Shown here: piece by piece, positions 30,800 to 39,218 of the stretch
How the letters are laid out: each line of letters starts with the position of its first letter
Numbering within the stretch: position 1 is the stretch's first letter
Assembly (NCBI GenBank): GCA_964655115.1
Contig: CAZZKM010000001.1
Location: forward strand, 91,708-155,707
Source: an uncultured Bifidobacterium sp.
GTDB lineage: Bacteria; Actinomycetota; Actinomycetes; S36-B12; UBA5976
DNA: 64,000 bases
Reading direction: 5' to 3'
Position numbers and translations under genes: made by a program
Notes under the pieces: model-generated
The model's database searches: none
What the model saw: only the letters and a program-made list of their open reading frames with translations
What the model was told of the DNA's origin: nothing

Positions 30800-32784
30800 C
30801 AATTCCTAAACCACTTCAAGATTTAGTTGAAAGATCAAAATTTTTAGGCAACAATCAAGATTTTGTTGTTTATGGTGGGGGAAATACATCGGCAAAAGGT
30901 GAAATAGTAGATCACTTAAAGAGACCAAAAAATGTTTTGTGGGTCAAAGGTTCAGGCGCAGACATGATGAATGCTGAAGCTGTTGATTACCCTGCACTTT
31001 ATTTGGATGAATTGATTGCTTTAAAGCAATTTGAAAAATTAAGTGATGAGGAAATGACTGACTTAGTGGGGAAAGCTTTAGTTGACCCAAACAGCAGAAG
31101 ACCCTCCATTGAAACCTTGTTGCATGCATTCTTACCTTTTAAGCACATTGATCATGTGCATGCAGATGCAATTTGTGCTTTAACAAATCATAAAGATGGA
31201 AATAAAGCGGTAAAAGAAGCATTGGGTGAAAATTTTGCTTACGTTGATTGGATTCGACCTGGATTTGAACTAAGCAAACAAGCTTCTCAATTAGCAGATT
31301 CAGAAGGAATAATTTTGGCACATCATGGATTAATAGTTTGGTCTGACGATAGTGATGAATGCAAACAAAAGAATACAGATGTGATAAATAAAGTTGAAAA
31401 TTATTTATCGAGTTTAACTAAAAGACCAGAATCTATTTTTAATCACACAACCTATTCAGATGAAGAATTTGAAAATTTATTGTTATTAGTAAGAGGAAAA
31501 TTAAATAAAAAATCTAAAAAAATAATTTCAGTAGATTCAAGATTAAAAGAAACTTCAGATAGAAAAGATATAAAAGAAATAGTTCAAGCTGGAGTATCAA
31601 GTGCTGATCATATGTTGAGAATTAAACCTTGGTCTGCAGTTATAGAAAATGGCAAAAATGATCAATCCATCTTTGAATCTATAGATAAATATTCGAATTC
31701 ATACAAAACATACTTTGAAAATAATAAAAATTTATTACCTCAGGGTTATTCAATGCATGATTCAGATCCTAAAGTTTTGTTAGCTCCAGGAATCGGTGCA
31801 TTGACTGTTGGATTAAGTAAATCTGAATGCAAAATGCTTGCAGATATTTCTTTTCATACTCACAAAACTGCTTCAATGGCAAAAGATGCTTTTGGCAACG
31901 TTGAAGCTTTGCCTGATTCAGAAGTTTTTGGTTTTGACTACTGGCCAATGGAACTTTACAAGTTAGCAAGTAGACCTGCACCAAAGAAATTTGCCGGACA
32001 TGTCTTCATAGTTACGGGTGCTGGAAGCGGTATAGGTCGTGGAATAGCAGTTGAACTTGCCAAGCAAGGTGCAAGTTTAGTTTTAGCAGATCTTGATGCA
32101 AAAGGACTTGCAACTGTAGAAAGTGAAATAAAAAACTACAAAGGATCTAGTCCTCAGATTATTCAAGGGGATCAATCAGATGAAAAAGTTGTTAAGCAAA
32201 CGGTTTCTGAAGCGATAAAAACTTTTGGTGGAATTGATGGAGTGGTATTTAGCGCAGGGATCGCAGTCACAGATAGTTTGCAAGATTTGACAATTGAAAA
32301 ATGGAATAAAGGATTAAGTGTTAACTTAACTAGTTCATTTTTATTAACTAAATATGCGATGAAGGCATTAACCAAACAAAATTCAGGTGGATCACTTGTT
32401 TATATCGCAAGTAAAAATGCATTTTCACCAGGAATTGGTTTTGGAGGATATTCAGTAAGTAAAGCAGGAATGATTCAACTAATGCGCATGGCTGCATTAG
32501 AGGGTGGATCTCATCAAATCAGATCCAATGCAATTAATCCTGATGCAATTTTTGATAACAGCAAATTATGGGAAGGAGGAATCAGAGAGGAAAGAGCTAG
32601 AGCTCATGGCATTAAACCTGAAGAGTTAGAAGATTTTTATGCCAAGAGAAATATTTTAAAATCCCATGTTTCATCAATTGATGTTGCGAATATGACAAGC
32701 TTTTTACTTTCAGATGATTCCGCCAAAACAACAGGCTCGGTCATTGCCGTCGACGGCGGAGTGGCTGCTGCATTTCCGCGCTAA
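30796..32784 (+). CDS. bifunctional class-II aldolase / short-chain dehydrogenase (RhaEW / RhaD-aldolase-ADH family)
   Basis: 662 aa. N-terminal aldolase/adducin-type domain (YGGGNTSAKG, HVHADAI) and C-terminal SDR (VTGAGSGIGRG, YSVSKAG). The GTG start overlaps the mtnA stop (GTGA). Confidence 0.85.
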   Translation: MTIPKPLQDLVERSKFLGNNQDFVVYGGGNTSAKGEIVDHLKRPKNVLWVKGSGADMMNAEAVDYPALYLDELIALKQFEKLSDEEMTDLVGKALVDPNSRRPSIETLLHAFLPFKHIDHVHADAICALTNHKDGNKAVKEALGENFAYVDWIRPGFELSKQASQLADSEGIILAHHGLIVWSDDSDECKQKNTDVINKVENYLSSLTKRPESIFNHTTYSDEEFENLLLLVRGKLNKKSKKIISVDSRLKETSDRKDIKEIVQAGVSSADHMLRIKPWSAVIENGKNDQSIFESIDKYSNSYKTYFENNKNLLPQGYSMHDSDPKVLLAPGIGALTVGLSKSECKMLADISFHTHKTASMAKDAFGNVEALPDSEVFGFDYWPMELYKLASRPAPKKFAGHVFIVTGAGSGIGRGIAVELAKQGASLVLADLDAKGLATVESEIKNYKGSSPQIIQGDQSDEKVVKQTVSEAIKTFGGIDGVVFSAGIAVTDSLQDLTIEKWNKGLSVNLTSSFLLTKYAMKALTKQNSGGSLVYIASKNAFSPGIGFGGYSVSKAGMIQLMRMAALEGGSHQIRSNAINPDAIFDNSKLWEGGIREERARAHGIKPEELEDFYAKRNILKSHVSSIDVANMTSFLLSDDSAKTTGSVIAVDGGVAAAFPR

Positions 32785-32799
32785 ACGGAAATGAAAACA

Positions 32800-32825
32800 A
32801 ACGAATAAATACAAATTTATTCGTT
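32800..32825 (+). promoter_or_regulatory. 11-bp hairpin between the aldolase/SDR and SBP genes
   Basis: AACGAATAAAT-ACAA-ATTTATTCGTT, followed by the RBS AAGGAGAAGG of the SBP gene. Confidence 0.4.
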
Positions 32826-32841
32826 AAAAGAAGGAGAAGGA

Positions 32842-33942
32842 ATGGTAAGAAATAAAAGCAAAGCTTTGGCTGGTATTTCAGTCGTTGCTGCGTTACTTCT
32901 TGCTGCATGTGCACAAAGTGGTAGTGATACCGCTGCACCAGCGGCAGAAGAAGGAACTGTTGAAGAAGCAACTGCAACTAAGCCTGCACCATTTGATGCT
33001 GGCCCAGTAAAAATTGCAATTGTTCAAAACAGTGGTGCTGGAGATTATTTCCAACAATGGACAAACGGTGCTAATCAACAAGCTGAAGCAATCGGATTTG
33101 AAGTTCAAATTTATGATGCTCAAGCAGATAACGCAAAACAAGCAACAGATATGGAAACTGCTATTGCTTCAGGAGTAGCAGGCATCATTGTTGATCACGG
33201 TCAAAAAGACACTATGTGTCCATTGATTAAAAAAGCAACCGATGCAGGAATTCCTGTAGTTGTTTATGACGTAGTTGTAAATGATTGCGCACCAGATGCA
33301 GTTCAAACACAACAAAGTGATGCATCACTTGCACAAGCTGTGTTGGATCAAATGGCTGCAGATCTAGGTAAAGATGCCAAAGTCGGTTATGTAAACGTTT
33401 TGGGTATTGCACCTCTAGATCGTCGTCACGTTGTATGGGAAAAAATTGTTGCTGACAACAATTGGACCCAATCATTCTTCGTTGGAAAATTCACCAACGC
33501 AGTTGCAACAGATAACGCACAATTAGTTGATGCTGCACTTAAAGCTAATCCAGACGTAGTGGGAATTTTTGCTCCATACGATGAATTAACAAAAGGTACA
33601 GTTTCTGCAATTGAACAAAACAATCTACAAGCTTCAATCAGAGCTTATGGAATTGATATTTCAAATGCTGATATTGAAATCATGACCAAAGAAGGAAGTC
33701 CATGGACTGCAACTGCAGGTACTGATCCAAACGCGATTGGTGCAGCAGTAGTTAGAAACATGGCTCTTGAACTTGCTGGTCAACTTGGAACTAAGTCAGT
33801 TGATTTCCCAGGTGTACTTATTACTGCACAATTCCTAAAGGACAATGCAGTTAAGAACATGGTAGATCTACGTGCTGCACTTCCAGAATTGAATCTTGCA
33901 GAAGTAAGTTCTGCAGATTGGATTCCAGCAGTTAAGTTCTAG
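32842..33942 (+). CDS. CUT2 (ribose/RbsB-like) sugar ABC transporter substrate-binding lipoprotein
   Basis: 366 aa with signal peptide and lipobox LLLAAC, and a type-1 periplasmic-binding fold (IAIVQNSGAGDYFQQ..., GIIVDHG). Confidence 0.85.
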   Translation: MVRNKSKALAGISVVAALLLAACAQSGSDTAAPAAEEGTVEEATATKPAPFDAGPVKIAIVQNSGAGDYFQQWTNGANQQAEAIGFEVQIYDAQADNAKQATDMETAIASGVAGIIVDHGQKDTMCPLIKKATDAGIPVVVYDVVVNDCAPDAVQTQQSDASLAQAVLDQMAADLGKDAKVGYVNVLGIAPLDRRHVVWEKIVADNNWTQSFFVGKFTNAVATDNAQLVDAALKANPDVVGIFAPYDELTKGTVSAIEQNNLQASIRAYGIDISNADIEIMTKEGSPWTATAGTDPNAIGAAVVRNMALELAGQLGTKSVDFPGVLITAQFLKDNAVKNMVDLRAALPELNLAEVSSADWIPAVKF

Positions 33943-33970
33943 ATTTAACTAGAAACTAAGGATAGGTGAG

Positions 33971-35479
33971 TTGATGGCAACGGCAGTTGAAGTAAGAGAT
34001 ATCTCAATGTCATTTGGTTCAAACCAAGTGCTAACTGGAGTAGATCTTGCTATCAATAAAGGACAAACCACTGCACTATTAGGTGCAAATGGAGCCGGAA
34101 AGTCAACATTGATAAAAATTTTGTCAGGAGTTTATTCATCCTTTACCGGACAAATAATTATCGATGGACAACTTGTAACCATCGACTCACCTGTCACTGC
34201 AAGAGCATCAGGAATAGAAACAGTTCATCAAAGAATTGATGAAGGTGTAATTCCTGGATTAACGGTAGCTGAAAATCTACTTTTCGAAAGAATAGTTACA
34301 GGAGATATTAAAAAAACTATTTCTCCAAATGAAGTTATTGATATTGCAAGTGAAATAGCAAAGGCATTAGATTTAAATTGGAATAATAATATCCTTAAAA
34401 AAGATGTCTTTGAAATCGGAATTGCTGAACAACAACTTTTGATATTAGCAAGAGCTCTTTCAAGAAAACCAAAATTATTGATTTTAGATGAGCCAACTTC
34501 AGCCCTTTCAGCTTCTGAAAGTCAAAATCTTTTTAAAGTAATTAAAAATTTAGAAAATCAAGGAATTGCAATTCTTTATGTTTCGCATAAATTAAGCGAA
34601 ATTGAACAAATTGCACAAAGATTAGTAGTTATTCGTGATGGAAAAATCAGAAATGAACAGAGCGCTCCATTTAGTTGGGAAGATGCTCTTAAAGAAATGT
34701 TAGGACAAGAGTCTCTAAATAAAAATAATGAATTTGATGTAGTTGAAGGAAAAGGCGTGGTATTAAAATTAAATAACATAAAACTTTTTAAAGAAAGTGA
34801 ACCTATAAATGTTGAATTTAGAAAAGGTGAAGTGACTGGAGTTATTGGCCTTCTTGGAGCTGGGAAAACAGAATTAGCAAAAATCATTTTTGGTGCTGAT
34901 AAACCTTTAACAGGTGAAATGATTCTTGAGGGAAAAAAATATGAACCAAAACATCCTGCCGAAGCTGTTAATAAAGATATATTTTTAGTCCCAGAAGATC
35001 GTGCTGCAGAATCAATGATTTCAGGTTGGAATATTAGTGAGACTTCAACGTTGCCTTTTATGAAAAAGTTTTCGAGTAGAGGTGTAATTAATAAAATAAG
35101 TGAACTTGCAAGAGGTAAAAAACTTGTTGAAGATTTAAATGTAGTAACTACATCTCATATTGCACCTGTTGATTCACTTTCAGGTGGTAATCAACAGAAG
35201 GTGGTTGTGGGCCGCTGGTTGCAAGAGTCACCAAAAATGATGATGCTGGATGAACCTTTTAGAGGTGTAGATATTGGGGCCAGAAGAGATATTTCAAAAA
35301 GAGTGAGAAATCTTGCAGCAAATGATGTAGCTGTTTTGGTTCTTGCTTCTGATGTAGATGAAATATTAGAAGTTGCTGATCGAATTATTGTTTTAGTCGA
35401 AGGAAAAATAGTTCTTGATGTAAGTTCCACAAATACATCAAAAGATAAAATAGTTAACAAAATGTCGGAGGTGGCATAA
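33971..35479 (+). CDS. sugar ABC transporter ATP-binding protein (duplicated ATPase, RbsA-like)
   Basis: 502 aa. Walker A GANGAGKST, LILDEPTSAL, and a second half with LSGGNQQKV and MLDEPFRGVD. Confidence 0.9.
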   Translation: MMATAVEVRDISMSFGSNQVLTGVDLAINKGQTTALLGANGAGKSTLIKILSGVYSSFTGQIIIDGQLVTIDSPVTARASGIETVHQRIDEGVIPGLTVAENLLFERIVTGDIKKTISPNEVIDIASEIAKALDLNWNNNILKKDVFEIGIAEQQLLILARALSRKPKLLILDEPTSALSASESQNLFKVIKNLENQGIAILYVSHKLSEIEQIAQRLVVIRDGKIRNEQSAPFSWEDALKEMLGQESLNKNNEFDVVEGKGVVLKLNNIKLFKESEPINVEFRKGEVTGVIGLLGAGKTELAKIIFGADKPLTGEMILEGKKYEPKHPAEAVNKDIFLVPEDRAAESMISGWNISETSTLPFMKKFSSRGVINKISELARGKKLVEDLNVVTTSHIAPVDSLSGGNQQKVVVGRWLQESPKMMMLDEPFRGVDIGARRDISKRVRNLAANDVAVLVLASDVDEILEVADRIIVLVEGKIVLDVSSTNTSKDKIVNKMSEVA

Positions 35480-36508
35480 ATGTCAGTAGGGATAACCAAA
35501 GAAGGTCAAGGTTTTGACACTAGAGAATTTGTTGTCAAATACGGATTTATCGTCGTAACTGTTTCACTATTTCTGTGGTTTGCCATAACAGAGCCATCAT
35601 TTAGAATGCAATCTACTTTATTTTCCATGCTTAAATTTACCTCTGTTGTAGCCATCACAGGTCTTGGTGTGACTTTAACGATGGTAGTTGGAGGATTAGA
35701 TTTATCTGTTGGCTCAGTAGCTGGATTATCAGTAACACTTTCGGCGATGACGATGGTTATTTATGCTCAAACAGGTGGAGTTGCTTTAATTGTAGTTTTA
35801 TTAGGTGGAGCTTTAGTTGGTTTGTTTAATGCATTTTTAATTGTTGTTTTAAAAATTCCAGATTTATTGGCAACATTAGCAACTATGTTTACGATTATGG
35901 GATTAAAACTTGTTCCGGTTGATGGCCAATCTGTTTCTTCAGGTTTAATTTTAAGAGATGGAAGTGTTGCCCCTGGAAAATTTACTCCCGGATTTTTATT
36001 AATTGACAGAGCCTATATTGGGCCAGTGCCACTTCCTGTTGCAATATTTTTTATTCTTGCATTTGTTGTGTGGTTCTTTTTAACAAGAACTAGGTGGGGC
36101 AGAGTCATGTATGCAATCGGCTCTAATCCAGAAGCTGCAAGACTTGCAGGTGTCAGAGTAAAAAGATATCGAGCATTTGCATATGTCATGTCTGGTGTTT
36201 TTGCATCAATTGGTGGATTAATTTTGTCTTCTCGAATTGGTCAAGGAGATATCAGTGCTGGAAATTCACTTCTTTTAGATGCAGTAGCTGTAGCTTTAGT
36301 TGGAACATCAGTTCTAGGAATTGCAAAGCCAAATGCTTGGGGCACCATTCTTGGTGCAGTACTAATTGGAATCGTGATTACTGGCTTAACTATTAAAGGT
36401 TTTCCATATTATGCACAAGATGTAGTAAAGGGATTAGTGCTTTTAACTGCTCTAATTTTCTCATTTACTTTATCTCGAAAGAAATCAAAATTCGTTCCAG
36501 CGGTGTAA
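35480..36508 (+). CDS. sugar ABC transporter permease (RbsC-like)
   Basis: 342 aa with about 10 TM helices and GGLDLSVGS. Its start abuts the ATPase stop. Confidence 0.85.
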   Translation: MSVGITKEGQGFDTREFVVKYGFIVVTVSLFLWFAITEPSFRMQSTLFSMLKFTSVVAITGLGVTLTMVVGGLDLSVGSVAGLSVTLSAMTMVIYAQTGGVALIVVLLGGALVGLFNAFLIVVLKIPDLLATLATMFTIMGLKLVPVDGQSVSSGLILRDGSVAPGKFTPGFLLIDRAYIGPVPLPVAIFFILAFVVWFFLTRTRWGRVMYAIGSNPEAARLAGVRVKRYRAFAYVMSGVFASIGGLILSSRIGQGDISAGNSLLLDAVAVALVGTSVLGIAKPNAWGTILGAVLIGIVITGLTIKGFPYYAQDVVKGLVLLTALIFSFTLSRKKSKFVPAV

Positions 36509-36518
36509 AGGAAAAAAT

Positions 36519-37745
36519 ATGGCAAATGATTACGAATATTTAAGTAAAGACAATATTTCACAATATTTGAAAAGTAAATCAGTTTTCAATAATTTAATTG
36601 ATGCCGATAATATTGTGGAATTTAACGAAGTCGGAGACGGTAATTTAAATCTAGTTTTTATTCTTAAAGATTCAAAAGGAAAAGGAGTTGTACTTAAGCA
36701 AGCACTTCCTTACGTAAGACTGGTTGGACCAGATTGGCCTATGACGCCAAGTCGAGCACGAATTGAATCTGAAACAACAATAATTCATTCAAAATTTGCT
36801 AAGGATTTAGTTCCAGAAATTTATGATTTTGATGAAGAGCGTTTTATTATCGCTATGGAAGATCTTTCTGATCATCGAGTATGGCGCGGAGCATTAAATG
36901 AAGGTTTGCGTTACGAAGGTGTCGCAAAACCATTAGGTGAGTACGTTGCTAAAACAGCATTTGGCACATCTGTATTCGGTTTGGGCCATGACAAGCATAA
37001 ACAAGAAGTTGCCAGAGCGATTAATCCAGAACTTTGTCTAATAACTGAAGACTTAGTTTTTACTGAACCATATTTTGATAATGGCCGAAACTCGGTCCTA
37101 GAAACAAATAAAAAAGATGCTGAAGATTTAGCAAATGACAAAGACATGGTTAGAGAAATAGGTTTACTCAAATATAAATTTATGACTTCTGCCGAAAGTT
37201 TAATACACGGAGATCTTCATACTGGATCTGTCATGATCAAAGGAAATGACCAAGAACAAGCAATAAGCGTGAAGGCAATTGATTGCGAGTTTGCATTCTA
37301 TGGACCACTTGGATTTGATTTAGGGGCATTAATTGCAAACTACACAATTGCAGCAGCAAGAGCTAGAGCACTTGGAAATGTTGAACAAATGAAATGGCTT
37401 TTATCATTAGCAGAGCAAACCTGGGAAGGTTTTGAATCGACAATTAGAAAGTTATGGCCAACAAGAGTAGATAAAAGAGTATTTAATGATGAAGTTTTTG
37501 AAAACTTGATTAAAACTTGGAAATCAGATGCTCAAGGTTACGCTGGAGCAAAGATGGCTAGAAGAATTGTGGGTTTAGCAAAAACATCAGATATAGAAAC
37601 CCTGGAACCAAATTTAAGAGAAGGCGCTGCACGGGCTGTGTTACAAATGGCAAGACTTTCAACTAAAGAAAGAGATTTAGGCAAATCTTGGAAAAACATT
37701 GCCCAACAATTTGAAACAATAATCGAAAAAACCGTTACGAAGTAA
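36519..37745 (+). CDS. mtnK: MtnK-family 5-methylthioribose (or 5-deoxyribose) 1-kinase
   Basis: 408 aa with EVGDGNLNLVF, the APH-type catalytic loop HGDLHTGS and IDCEFAFYGPLGFDLG. Confidence 0.8.
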   Translation: MANDYEYLSKDNISQYLKSKSVFNNLIDADNIVEFNEVGDGNLNLVFILKDSKGKGVVLKQALPYVRLVGPDWPMTPSRARIESETTIIHSKFAKDLVPEIYDFDEERFIIAMEDLSDHRVWRGALNEGLRYEGVAKPLGEYVAKTAFGTSVFGLGHDKHKQEVARAINPELCLITEDLVFTEPYFDNGRNSVLETNKKDAEDLANDKDMVREIGLLKYKFMTSAESLIHGDLHTGSVMIKGNDQEQAISVKAIDCEFAFYGPLGFDLGALIANYTIAAARARALGNVEQMKWLLSLAEQTWEGFESTIRKLWPTRVDKRVFNDEVFENLIKTWKSDAQGYAGAKMARRIVGLAKTSDIETLEPNLREGAARAVLQMARLSTKERDLGKSWKNIAQQFETIIEKTVTK

Positions 37746-37753
37746 GGAAAAAT

Positions 37754-38113
37754 ATGAAAACTCCTAGAGAAATTGCTGAATCTTATTGGAAAGCAGAATG
37801 CGCAAGGGATACTGAAGCAGTCCTTGCTCACTACCACTTGGATGCAACATTTTGTCCTCCTGGACAAGTTCTAAAAGGACACGAACAAATCAGAACTTTT
37901 TATGATTCATCAGGAGAATCTTTTCCAGGTTTAAAAGTAGATATCGTTCATGAAGTTAGAAATGGTGACGAAAGTTGCATTGAATGGTATGCGACGTTAA
38001 CGGATAAAAAAGGAAATGTTTTTAATATTCCAGGTGTTAACGTTATAAAAATTAGAGATGGAAAATTTGAATCAGTTCATGCCTATTTTGATCCAACTGT
38101 TTTGAATTCTTAA
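37754..38113 (+). CDS. NTF2/SnoaL-like small protein
   Basis: 119 aa with a ketosteroid-isomerase/SnoaL-like pattern (ESYWKAECARDTEAVLAHYHLDATF...IKIRDGKFESVHAYFD). Last gene of the plus-strand operon. Confidence 0.6.
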   Translation: MKTPREIAESYWKAECARDTEAVLAHYHLDATFCPPGQVLKGHEQIRTFYDSSGESFPGLKVDIVHEVRNGDESCIEWYATLTDKKGNVFNIPGVNVIKIRDGKFESVHAYFDPTVLNS

Positions 38114-39213
38114 TTTTCGAATCTTTCAACGCTTTTTCTTAAATTAGACGCATTCTCTAATAAATTTCCTCGGTGTAAAGCGCCACCAATCAATAAAACA
38201 GTGTCATTACCAAAAAATCCAACTAGTTCATCAATTCGATCTAACGTCATTCCTCCACCTGGGCTTGGAAAAATAGTTTTTAAATTACTAAATTCATTTC
38301 TGCAACTACGTGAAATTCGTAAGCATTCTTCTTTTGTAAAACTAAATCTTCCTCCATAATTAGGAAATACTGTTATATCTGCACCACTTAAGCGCATTAA
38401 TTTTGCTAAGACAATTTCATGATTTATTCCATGATTTGGATTCATAAATAATGAACCAAGCATCGAAGGATGACTCATTATAGGTAAATTAATTTCGTCT
38501 GAATCTGCAATACTTCTCATCGCATCAAAACTTGAAACTCCAGGTAAAACCATTAGAGCCCCTGCTCCTAGTTTTCTTGCAGTTGTTGCTTTTTCAAATA
38601 TTTGATGTGAGGGAAGGTTCACACTAGGTGCATAAACTGAATTTCTATTAAATTTTACATTTGCAGTATTAACTGCATCTGAAATTATTTTGACTCTCTC
38701 ATCCCAAGTCGCCCAAGGTTGGTTTGCCAAACTGTGGTCATCTTTTATTAAATCAATTCCTGCTTCAACCATGGTTGCTGCGATAACGGCTAATTCTTTT
38801 GCACCCAATCCCATTGGCTTTAGAGCCGTTGCCAAAATTGGTCTTGATTTTGCATTAAAAAGTTTTCTAACTCCTTGGATTCCGAAACGAGGACCTTTAA
38901 ACTTATTTAAAAAAACTTCATCAAATTGAATATCTGTGATACGGACTTCTGGAAACATTGAAACGTTACCCCAAAGTACATTTAAAAACTGGGGTAGTTC
39001 ATAACCTGTGGTGTCAAGATTAAAAGAAATCTTTATTTCAGATCTTTTTTCAGTTAACTTCTTGCTTGAAACAAAGTGAGCAACTACTTCATTTTGAATC
39101 CAGGCGGGAGCAAGGTCAAAAGGAAACTCTATAGTTTGTTCTACCCTAATTGCTTCAATTATTTCTTTTTCATTACTTGAATTAATTTCGTAAGTTACTT
39201 CGAAATTGCGCAT
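38110..39213 (-). CDS. form-IV RuBisCO-like protein (RLP), short N-terminal domain
   Basis: 367 aa with a large-subunit barrel. By-eye alignment to RuBisCO motifs: GNVSMF (GNVFGF), LKPMGL (KPKLG), IDLIKDDHSL (DFTKDDE), SHPS, PSPGGG, LIGGAL. Confidence 0.8.
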   Translation of the reverse strand: MRNFEVTYEINSSNEKEIIEAIRVEQTIEFPFDLAPAWIQNEVVAHFVSSKKLTEKRSEIKISFNLDTTGYELPQFLNVLWGNVSMFPEVRITDIQFDEVFLNKFKGPRFGIQGVRKLFNAKSRPILATALKPMGLGAKELAVIAATMVEAGIDLIKDDHSLANQPWATWDERVKIISDAVNTANVKFNRNSVYAPSVNLPSHQIFEKATTARKLGAGALMVLPGVSSFDAMRSIADSDEINLPIMSHPSMLGSLFMNPNHGINHEIVLAKLMRLSGADITVFPNYGGRFSFTKEECLRISRSCRNEFSNLKTIFPSPGGGMTLDRIDELVGFFGNDTVLLIGGALHRGNLLENASNLRKSVERFEN

Positions 39214-39218
39214 TGCCT

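Noticed and set aside
29759-38113. Interpreting the locus as a standard L-rhamnose operon, because of the RhaEW-type fusion and a CUT2 transporter.
   Set aside because: There is no rhaA isomerase, rhaB kinase or rhaM mutarotase. The isomerase and kinase present carry MtnA (eIF-2B family) and MtnK (GDGNLNLVF, HGDLHTGS, DCEF) signatures instead.
38110-39213. Reading the RuBisCO-like gene as a genuine CO2-fixing RuBisCO, for example an AMP/ribose-1,5-bisphosphate pathway with the MtnA-like protein acting as R15P isomerase.
   Set aside because: By-eye alignment shows loss of K177 (Met), E204 (His), R295 (Pro) and the H327/K334 loop. There is also no AMP phosphorylase or phosphoribulokinase nearby. 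A form-IV RLP is the supported call.
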